Positions 56,554-64,000 of a stretch of DNA of 64,000 bases are shown piece after piece (position 1 is the first letter of the stretch; each line of letters starts with the position of its first letter). The notes under the pieces are model-generated. The model was not told the origin of the DNA. It did not search any database and saw only the letters and a program-made list of their open reading frames with translations. A program made the translations under genes and the position numbers. The stretch is from Bacillales bacterium UBA1709 (lineage in GTDB: Bacteria > Bacillota_I > Bacilli_A > RFN20 > UBA1709): NCBI GenBank assembly GCA_002317215.1, contig DCJD01000012.1:6579-70578 (forward strand). The letters are read 5' to 3'.

Positions 56554-59124
56554 ATGCGTAGATTATTTGCTTTTATTACATTAGCTTTTTCCTTACTTGT
56601 TGTAGTTATCGTTGGTATCCCATCTATTAAGAATACAATGAATAGTGGTGCCGATTTTGATGGTGGCTATAACATTATGTATCATGTAACTTCTGTTGAT
56701 GAAGTCGATTACAAAGGAAGCGCTAGAGAAAGTGTTATGAGTACAGCTGCTAAAAATACTAACGAGCGCCTTAACACTTTAAACATTACTAACCCAGAAG
56801 TTGCCATTGCAAATGACAACTATTTATCAATCACAATTCAAGATCTTTCTGAATCACAAATTGATGTAGTAAGATTTGCGTTAGCTAACAATGCTGAAGT
56901 ATCAGTCAGAGATACTAGCGACAACTTATTATGTTTAGGAAAAGATGTTTTTGAAAAATTAACATTAACTAGTTATGGTGATTCGGTTGGCCTAAACGTT
57001 AAAGTAAAAGATAAAGATAAATTAGAAGAGGCAACTGAAATTGCTGCCGCTAATTATTCTACTGACGATAATGGTCAAGGAGAAATTAATTTAGTAATCT
57101 GGATTGGTTTCCAAGAAAATTATTTAGGTGATTTAAAAGATAGAACTGGTTTTGAAGGAGATCATTATCAAGATGCTTATAGTGGAGATAACCCATACGC
57201 AACATTCAAAATTCTTACAGCTTTATCAATACAAACTGCTTTAAATGATGATTTCTCTTGTACAGCAAATGTTTACGATGAAAACGTTGCTCTAATGAAT
57301 AAATTATTAGATCAAGATAGCGTTATGTTTGTAATGACAGAAGAATCTACTAATAAGATTGGCAGTTTCTATAAAGCAAATGTTCCAACATTATCAATTG
57401 TTCTTGGAATTATTAGTTTAGCGATTATTTGTGCATTGTTTATTATAGTTTATAGATTATCCGGAGTTGCAAGTGCAATTTCAATCATCACATATGGTGT
57501 TGTCACTTTACTTTTATACAACACATTTAAAGGATTGTTCGGATTAGAAACAATCATTGCATTAGCTGTTGGAGCAATCCTATCTGTTTATGCGAATATT
57601 GTATTCTTAGAAAGAATTAAAGATGAATTAAGAAAAGGAAAAGAAATCTCGAGAGCTTTTGATGAAGGTTCTAAAAAATCTGTTTCAAGTGTCCTTGATG
57701 CAAATATATTAGTTTTAATCGCTTCATTTGTTCTATATTTATTTGGAACACAAGTTATTAAGAGCTTTGCGGCTGTTCTAATTATTAGCGAAGTTGTTAT
57801 TATTCTTCTAGTTGTATTAGTAACAAGATATATGGTCGGTTTATTAAGCCATGCATCATTCGAGAAAAATCCATTGATGTTATTTGGCGTTAAAGATGAA
57901 GAAATTGGTGATATTAACGATTTCAATTCAACAACATTTGTTAAAGAAACAAAATTTAAGAAAGTTAACTTCACTTCAAAACCTGTTAGAAAGTTCCAAA
58001 TTGCTGGAATCGTAGCTCTTGCAGGATTAGTTTTAGGAATGATTATGCAACTTGCAAAAGGAGCATTCTTCAATTACCCTGATAACTTAAGAAATGGTTC
58101 AAGATTCTATTTCTCAACATTTGATAAACAATTTGCTACTGAAGAATCTGTTGAAGAATGGTTCTTAGATCATACTGATGAAAAATATTCTCCATCAAAG
58201 GTTATTATTAAATCAGAAACTAAAACTTATTCAATGAATGACGCTTTAGAAATTTACACATTAGCTAATGATATTAAAATAGACTCATCAATCGATACTG
58301 GATTTGATATTGGTATGAATGATGGAATTGCTAAAGATATTGAAGTATATACAGTTGCTGTTTATTTTGATAAGGTAATCAGTAGTAGCTATTTAGATAA
58401 TATTAATTCTATTTTTGAAGCAGAAGCAGATAAGTTCTTCTCATTGGATGATGAAAATCCAGTTTATTATTTAGATATGAATTATTGTGGTGGAAATTAT
58501 ACTGCTTATTCAGGATTAAAGGCCGTTTCTAGAGCTTTATTAGTTCTTGCTGTTGTATGCTTATTCATGTTTGTTTATTTGATTATTAGATTTAATATTT
58601 CTTACTCAATTACTGCAATAGCAAACTTATTTATTTCTGAAGTTATCTTATTTGCTCTAATTGCTTTCTTTAGAATTCCAGTTGGAATTGAAGCTGTTGC
58701 TTTTGCTCTTGGTATGGCAATATTGATGATCAATACTAACTGCATTACTTTTGATAGATTAAGAGAATCTATTAATGAAACTAGCCATGTTGCTTGGAAT
58801 AAAGAAAATAGATTAGAATTTGTTAACAAGGCAATTCAAGATACTGCTTATGGTCATGCCTTTGCAACCGTTAGTGCTTGTATTTTAGGATTATTATTAA
58901 CAGGCGTTGCATTCTCTGGAGTATTTACAGGTATTGCAATTATTTTCGCTATTGCTGTTACGATGTTTGTTTCATTGTTCTTAATGCCTCATATTTGGAC
59001 TTTCTTAGATGGCAAATTTAGTGTAATTAAAGATGCTAGAAAACAAAGAAAAGCTTTAAAGAAAAAAGAAATCAAAGATACAGACGAAGTACAAGAATAT
59101 ATATTCTTTGGAATTAACGACTAA
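56554..59124 (+). CDS. secDF: Protein translocase subunit SecDF (fused)
   Basis: 856 aa, with two 6-TM bundles and periplasmic loops, giving the fused SecD-SecF architecture of Firmicutes. Confidence 0.85.
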   Translation: MRRLFAFITLAFSLLVVVIVGIPSIKNTMNSGADFDGGYNIMYHVTSVDEVDYKGSARESVMSTAAKNTNERLNTLNITNPEVAIANDNYLSITIQDLSESQIDVVRFALANNAEVSVRDTSDNLLCLGKDVFEKLTLTSYGDSVGLNVKVKDKDKLEEATEIAAANYSTDDNGQGEINLVIWIGFQENYLGDLKDRTGFEGDHYQDAYSGDNPYATFKILTALSIQTALNDDFSCTANVYDENVALMNKLLDQDSVMFVMTEESTNKIGSFYKANVPTLSIVLGIISLAIICALFIIVYRLSGVASAISIITYGVVTLLLYNTFKGLFGLETIIALAVGAILSVYANIVFLERIKDELRKGKEISRAFDEGSKKSVSSVLDANILVLIASFVLYLFGTQVIKSFAAVLIISEVVIILLVVLVTRYMVGLLSHASFEKNPLMLFGVKDEEIGDINDFNSTTFVKETKFKKVNFTSKPVRKFQIAGIVALAGLVLGMIMQLAKGAFFNYPDNLRNGSRFYFSTFDKQFATEESVEEWFLDHTDEKYSPSKVIIKSETKTYSMNDALEIYTLANDIKIDSSIDTGFDIGMNDGIAKDIEVYTVAVYFDKVISSSYLDNINSIFEAEADKFFSLDDENPVYYLDMNYCGGNYTAYSGLKAVSRALLVLAVVCLFMFVYLIIRFNISYSITAIANLFISEVILFALIAFFRIPVGIEAVAFALGMAILMINTNCITFDRLRESINETSHVAWNKENRLEFVNKAIQDTAYGHAFATVSACILGLLLTGVAFSGVFTGIAIIFAIAVTMFVSLFLMPHIWTFLDGKFSVIKDARKQRKALKKKEIKDTDEVQEYIFFGIND

Positions 59125-59127
59125 TTA

Positions 59128-59153
59128 ATATGCTCCATTAAGGAGCATATTTT
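59128..59153 (+). terminator. Terminator after secDF
   Basis: atatgctccattaaggagcatat hairpin. The T-run is weak. Confidence 0.45.
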
Positions 59154-59166
59154 ACAATTTTAGATT

Positions 59167-61371
59167 ATGAAAAACTTAAATATTGCTTTTGAAGACGTAG
59201 TTATAGAAATGAAAAAATATCTTTCTAAGAAAGAGAGTTTTGATATTGTCAAAAAAGCATATGATTTTGCAAGTGAACATCATAAAGATCAAAAAAGAAA
59301 AAGCGGAGAACCATATATTATTCATTTGAATAATGTTGCTTTCACTTGTGCTACTTTAGAAGCCGGTCCTCATACCATTGCTGCCGCTTATCTTCATGAT
59401 ACGATGGAAGATTGTGATGTTAGCTTTGAAACGATTGCTAATGAGTTTAATGAGGAGATTGCTTTTTTAGTTGAATCGGTAACTAAATTAAAAAAGATTA
59501 CTGATAACGCTAGTAATAGTGAAGACTTTTTAGCTGAAAATCACCGTAAAATCTTTATAGCAATGGCGAAAGATATTCGTGTCATTATCATAAAGCTTGC
59601 TGATAGATTACATAATATGCGTACTTTAAGTTTCCATAACGATGAAGAAACCGAAAAACGTATTGCAAAAGAAACACTTGAAATTTATGCTCCTATTGCT
59701 CATCGACTTGGTATTAATACCGTAAAAAGTGAATTAGAAGATTTATCTTTAAAATATCTCGAACCTGAAAAATATCAACATATAAAAATGCTTTTAGCTA
59801 CCAAAGAAGAAAAACGTAAAGCAACATTAAAGATAATGGAAGATAATATAGATAATTTACTTAATAAATATAATATTAAACATACAATAAGTGGTAGAGT
59901 AAAATCTATTTATTCTATTTATAAAAAGATGTATGTAAATCAAAAAACATTTGATGAATTATACGATTTACAAGCTTTGAGAGTCATTACTGATACAATA
60001 CCAGAATGCTATGAAATACTTGGCTATATACACGCAGAATATCGCCCTATTCCAGGCAGATTTAAAGATTATATCGCAATGCCAAAACCTAATTTATATC
60101 AATCTTTGCATACAACTATAGTTGCTGAAGATGGGCAAATTTTTGAAGTTCAAATTAGAACTAAAGAAATGGACGAGATAGCCGAAACTGGTGTTGCAGC
60201 TCATTGGAGATATAAAGAAAATACTGTTTATTCTGCTAAATCAGAACAAAAGGAAATAGAAGAGCAATTACATTGGTTTAGAGATTTAATCGCAATTAGT
60301 GATGACACTAATGCTAAAGAATATATGCAAATACTTCAAAAGGATGTTTTCGGAGCTAATGTTTATTGCTTAACTCCAAAGGGCAGAGTAATTGATTTAC
60401 CTGCTGGATCTACTCCTGTAGATTTTGCTTATAAGATTCATACTCATGTTGGACAATCTACTGTTGGAGCAACGGTTAATGGTATTTTAGTTCCATTATC
60501 TACAGAACTTAATACTGGAGATGTAGTTGATATTAGAACAACAAAAAATCCTAATGCCTTGCCTAATAAAGATTGGCTTAAATTTGTTAAAACAACAAAT
60601 GCTAAAAATGCTATTAAAAAAACTCTATCAAAGTATGATAATGAATTAAGAAGAGATGAGATTATTGATGAAGGAAGAGAATTATTAGAAAACGCCATTA
60701 GACAAGATAAAGATCTTGATAAACAAAAAGTATTGAAGATGATTGAAGATAAGAAATTCTTATCTAATCTAGGCGTAGAAAATGTAGTTTCATTATATGT
60801 CGCTTTATCTAACCACACAATCAATATAAATTCACTTGTAAATTCAATCAAGCAAGAAGAAGAGAAAACTAAGACTGTTACAGCGTTTACTCGTAAGAAA
60901 AATAATGTAAGTATTGATGGAATTATTGTACCTGGTGTTGATAACATTGCTATTTCATTTTCTCAATGTTGCTCACCAGTTCCAGGGGATGAGATAATAG
61001 GGTATATTTCACAAGGAAAAGATATAAAAATTCATCGTAAAGATTGTCCTAATATTCTAAATCAAAAAGAAAGAATCATTGATGTTGAATGGGATTATGA
61101 TTATTTTAAAGAAAATAAAATCCCACATTATGCAGATATTGAAATTACTGCAAGTACAAGAGATACATTATTGCAAGATGTAATTAATCATTTATCCCTA
61201 TTAAAGATAACCTGCGTTTCTTGCCACATCTCAAATAACAATACTACGCTAAATTCTATTGTTAAAATATGTGTACAAGTTAATGATATAAACCATTTAA
61301 ATGAAGTAATAAATTCTTTATCTAGTAGTTTAACTGGGGTATATGATGTTCATAGATATTTCAAGAATTAA
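59167..61371 (+). CDS. relA: Bifunctional (p)ppGpp synthetase/hydrolase RelA/SpoT (Rel)
   Basis: HD domain (HLNNVAF...HD), the synthetase motif RVKSIYSIYKKM, and TGS and ACT domains. Confidence 0.9.
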   Translation: MKNLNIAFEDVVIEMKKYLSKKESFDIVKKAYDFASEHHKDQKRKSGEPYIIHLNNVAFTCATLEAGPHTIAAAYLHDTMEDCDVSFETIANEFNEEIAFLVESVTKLKKITDNASNSEDFLAENHRKIFIAMAKDIRVIIIKLADRLHNMRTLSFHNDEETEKRIAKETLEIYAPIAHRLGINTVKSELEDLSLKYLEPEKYQHIKMLLATKEEKRKATLKIMEDNIDNLLNKYNIKHTISGRVKSIYSIYKKMYVNQKTFDELYDLQALRVITDTIPECYEILGYIHAEYRPIPGRFKDYIAMPKPNLYQSLHTTIVAEDGQIFEVQIRTKEMDEIAETGVAAHWRYKENTVYSAKSEQKEIEEQLHWFRDLIAISDDTNAKEYMQILQKDVFGANVYCLTPKGRVIDLPAGSTPVDFAYKIHTHVGQSTVGATVNGILVPLSTELNTGDVVDIRTTKNPNALPNKDWLKFVKTTNAKNAIKKTLSKYDNELRRDEIIDEGRELLENAIRQDKDLDKQKVLKMIEDKKFLSNLGVENVVSLYVALSNHTININSLVNSIKQEEEKTKTVTAFTRKKNNVSIDGIIVPGVDNIAISFSQCCSPVPGDEIIGYISQGKDIKIHRKDCPNILNQKERIIDVEWDYDYFKENKIPHYADIEITASTRDTLLQDVINHLSLLKITCVSCHISNNNTTLNSIVKICVQVNDINHLNEVINSLSSSLTGVYDVHRYFKN

Positions 61372-61419
61372 TATAATTCTTGATATATAGAAGAGATTTT
61401 ATTATAATTTTAAGGTATA

Positions 61420-61588
61420 AATTGTTTGTTTAGAGAGAACTTATTTGGTGAAAGAGTTCCAAACATATAGTGACTTATTAATCGTTTGTTACGTTATAAC
61501 TATAAGCAAGTGCATAAGTTGATCTTATGAATTAGGATGGCACCGCGAAAACTCGTTCCTAAATTATTTTAGGAACTTTTTTATTGGA
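61420..61588 (+). promoter_or_regulatory. T-box riboswitch leader of hisS-aspS
   Basis: attaggatggcaccgcg at 61532-61548, with the terminator gttcctaaattattttaggaac followed by a T-run. The candidate His specifier is CAU in aaacatat. Confidence 0.8.
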
Positions 61589-61597
61589 GGAATAAAT

Positions 61598-63040
61598 ATG
61601 ATTTCAAACAAACCAAAAGGAACAAGAGATTTCTTACCAAAAGATACTTTAATTAATCAAATTGTAGAACAATTATTAAGACAAACTGCTGAAACATTTA
61701 GTTTTAGAGAGATAAGAACTCCTATTTTTGAACACACAGAAGTATTTGAAAGAAGCAGTGGAGAGTCTAGTGATATTGTTAACAAGGAAATGTATACCTT
61801 TTTAGACAAGGGTGGTAGATCTATTAGCTTAAGACCAGAAGGAACTGCTGGAGTAGTAAGAAGTTTTGTAGAAAATAAAATGTATGTAGAAACTGATTTT
61901 CCTGTTCGCTTATATTATTGTGGACCTAATTTTAGATATGAAAGACCTCAAGCTGGTCGATATAGACAATTCTCTCAGTTCGGTTTAGAGAATATTGGTA
62001 TTAGATCCCCGTTTATTGATGCTGAAAATATCTTCTTAGCAGTTGATATGCTAGCAAGTGTTGGAATTACCGATATTAAATTAAAAATAAACAGCATTGG
62101 AGATAAAGAATCCAGGAATAATTATAAAGAAGCATTAAAAGAATACTTTAAACCATATCTTAATGAATTATGTGAAGATTGCAAAGTTAGATATGAGAAA
62201 AATCCATTAAGAATACTTGATTGCAAAGTTGACGCTAATCATGAATGTATGAAAGGCTATCCAGCAATTAAAGATTATTTAAGTAAAGATAGTAAAGACT
62301 ATTTTGCTAAAGTATTAGATCAACTTGACTTATTAAATATTGAATATGAAATTGATGATAAATTAGTTAGAGGTTTAGACTATTACAATGATGTAGTATT
62401 TGAAATTGAAGCTATTGCACCAAGCGGAACTAATTATGGAGCTATTTTAGGTGGTGGAAGATATGATGAACTTGTTGAACAATTCGGAGGTCCTAGTTTA
62501 CCAGCATTTGGATTTGGTATCGGATTAGATAGGGTTGTTGAAGTTGTCAAAGAACTACATGTCATGGATGAATATAAAGATTATCTAACTTGTTATGTAA
62601 TGCCAAGAGAAGAAACAAGTATTGAATATGGATTCTTCGTTACTAACTTTTTAAGAAGCAATGGTGTAGACTGCGATATGGATTATCAAGCTAGATCAAT
62701 TAAATCTCAATTTAAAACTGTTGATAGAAAGAATGCCTTGTATTCAATTATAGTTGGGGAAGATGAAGCTAAAACTCAACAAGTATCTGTTAGAAAGAAT
62801 GCTACAAAAGAGCAAGTTACAATACCTCTAAATGCATTAATGACTTATTTGAGAGAAGATATTAACAGTTCTAAATGTGAATGTGGATGTCATCACGATG
62901 ATGAAGAACATGAATGTTGTTGTGGTCATCATCATGAAGGCGAAGAACATGAATGTTGCTGTGAACGTGAGCATGATTCAAAAGAACATAAATGCGATTG
63001 TAATGAAGAAGGCTGCTGTTGCAACCATAAGGAGAATTAA
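61598..63040 (+). CDS. hisS: Histidyl-tRNA synthetase with a Cys/His/Glu-rich C-terminal extension
   Basis: Class II motifs and the HisA/HisB region GGRYD. 480 aa, against the usual length of about 420. The tail is CECGCHHDDEEHECCCGHHHEGEEHECCCEREHDSKEHKCDCNEEGCCCNHKEN. Confidence 0.9.
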   Translation: MISNKPKGTRDFLPKDTLINQIVEQLLRQTAETFSFREIRTPIFEHTEVFERSSGESSDIVNKEMYTFLDKGGRSISLRPEGTAGVVRSFVENKMYVETDFPVRLYYCGPNFRYERPQAGRYRQFSQFGLENIGIRSPFIDAENIFLAVDMLASVGITDIKLKINSIGDKESRNNYKEALKEYFKPYLNELCEDCKVRYEKNPLRILDCKVDANHECMKGYPAIKDYLSKDSKDYFAKVLDQLDLLNIEYEIDDKLVRGLDYYNDVVFEIEAIAPSGTNYGAILGGGRYDELVEQFGGPSLPAFGFGIGLDRVVEVVKELHVMDEYKDYLTCYVMPREETSIEYGFFVTNFLRSNGVDCDMDYQARSIKSQFKTVDRKNALYSIIVGEDEAKTQQVSVRKNATKEQVTIPLNALMTYLREDINSSKCECGCHHDDEEHECCCGHHHEGEEHECCCEREHDSKEHKCDCNEEGCCCNHKEN

Positions 63041-63042
63041 AT

Positions 63043-64000
63043 ATGAAAAGAACACATAATAATGGCCAATTAAGAATTAATAATGTTGGCGAAGAAGTTA
63101 CATTAATCGGTTGGGTAGCTAAAAAGAGAAATTTTGGTAGTTTAGTTTTTATCGACTTAAGAGATAGATATGGCATAACTCAAATAGTTGCCGATGAGAA
63201 ATTTGATAGTATTACTAGTCAAATTCATAATGAATACGTTTTACAAGTAAGTGGCAAGGTTGTTGAAAGACAATCAAAGAATCCTGATTTACCTACAGGT
63301 GATATCGAAATTTCTGCAACTAATATTGTTATTGTAAATGTTGCTAATACTACACCGATGATTATTGCCGATAAAACAGATGCACTTGAAGAAACTAGAT
63401 TAAAATACCGTTATTTAGATTTAAGAAGACCATGCATGCAAGCAAAGTTAATTAAAAGACATAGAATAGTTCAATCTTTTAGAAAATATCTTGACAATCT
63501 AGATTTTATTGAAGTTGAAACACCAGTTTTAACATCTACCACTCCAGAAGGTGCAAGAGACTATTTAGTACCAAGTAGAGTTCAACCAGGTAAGTTTTAT
63601 GCATTACCTCAATCACCACAATTATTCAAACAATTATTAATGATTGCTGGAATGGAAAGATACTATCAAGTAGCTCGTTGTTTTAGAGATGAGGACTTAA
63701 GAGCTGATAGACAACCAGATTTTACTCAATTAGATATTGAAATGAGCTTTTTAGATGAAGAAGAAGTAATGAATGTAATTGAAGATATGTTTGTTACAAT
63801 GTTCAAAGAAGTTGAAAACTATGAAATTAAAAGTCCAATAAGAAGATTCGGATATAAAGAAGTAATGGAAACTTTTGGAAGCGATAAACCAGATACTAGA
63901 TTTGGCTTTAATCTAAAAGATATTACAAAAGTATTCGAAAATACCGAGATTGAATTATTAAAAGGCAAAATTATCAAAGCAGTAGTTGGCAAAAATGTTT
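63043..64000 (+). CDS. aspS: Aspartyl-tRNA synthetase (N-terminal part; continues past the window end)
   Basis: N-terminal OB anticodon-binding domain, class II motif 1 (PGKFYALPQSPQ), and the FRDEDLRADRQPDFTQLD motif. Confidence 0.9.
   Translation, partial: MKRTHNNGQLRINNVGEEVTLIGWVAKKRNFGSLVFIDLRDRYGITQIVADEKFDSITSQIHNEYVLQVSGKVVERQSKNPDLPTGDIEISATNIVIVNVANTTPMIIADKTDALEETRLKYRYLDLRRPCMQAKLIKRHRIVQSFRKYLDNLDFIEVETPVLTSTTPEGARDYLVPSRVQPGKFYALPQSPQLFKQLLMIAGMERYYQVARCFRDEDLRADRQPDFTQLDIEMSFLDEEEVMNVIEDMFVTMFKEVENYEIKSPIRRFGYKEVMETFGSDKPDTRFGFNLKDITKVFENTEIELLKGKIIKAVVGKNV

Noticed and set aside
2867-60947. Numerous 60-190 aa ORFs antisense to, or out of frame within, large well-supported genes
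   Set aside because: Examples are 7378-7632, 15646-15990, 19374-19949, 29332-29661, 37841-38143, 40961-41305, 55947-56372, 57588-58073 and 60444-60947. Each sits entirely inside a conserved gene on the other strand, none has an RBS, and each has a Ser/Leu/Ile-rich composition typical of AT-rich antisense frames. No candidate antisense gene stood out.
62871-63176. Two overlapping ORFs (62871-63176 minus strand, 62877-63059 plus strand) rich in H/N/V/M
   Set aside because: They arise from the repetitive Cys/His/Glu codons (tgt/cat/gaa) of the HisRS tail, which stay open in other frames. They overlap the well-supported hisS and aspS genes.
1-64000. Window-wide search for CRISPR arrays, rRNA genes, IS elements or transposases
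   Set aside because: I found no regularly spaced direct repeats, no rRNA-like conserved stretches, and no transposase- or integrase-like ORF. The only mobile-element traces are the ssb fragment and the Y-family polymerase/YolD cassette.

Overview
This is a 64 kb window of a very AT-rich genome using the standard genetic code (TGA is a stop, Trp is TGG), read from sequence alone.

The backbone is housekeeping and Firmicutes/Mollicutes-like. It carries a minimal division cluster, mraZ-rsmH-ftsA(like)-ftsZ-sepF, with no peptidoglycan genes, which suggests a wall-less Acholeplasma-like or related lineage. Three T-box riboswitch leaders sit in front of ileS, valS and hisS. The remaining backbone genes are rpmF/yceD, trkAH, lspA, rluD, rnhC, mutS2, uvrC, a P-type ATPase, tig, lon, engB, rplU-prp-rpmA, obg, two ABC exporters, nadE, ruvAB, secDF, relA and aspS.

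A tRNA-Arg(UCU) at 20.68 kb is followed by an accessory stretch of about 17 kb that looks like a decayed integrative element plus surface-structure cargo. In order, it holds:
- a 38-codon ssb remnant;
- a small HExxH protein;
- a GNAT gene preceded by a 143-codon open frame with no canonical start;
- an ArsB/NhaD-like permease;
- a translationally coupled two-gene unknown cassette;
- a UvrX-like Y-family polymerase with a YolD-like partner;
- a complete type IV pilus / Com-like pseudopilus locus in inverted order (pilins, then prepilin peptidase, platform and ATPase), including an 891-aa giant pilin with a class III signal peptide.

Other notable points are a 55-residue Cys/His/Glu-rich C-terminal tail on HisRS, a CECEDCK tail on trigger factor, an A15 homopolymer just upstream of the giant-pilin promoter, and near-identical 3' halves of the ileS and valS T-box leaders. 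No CRISPR arrays, rRNA genes or transposases were seen.
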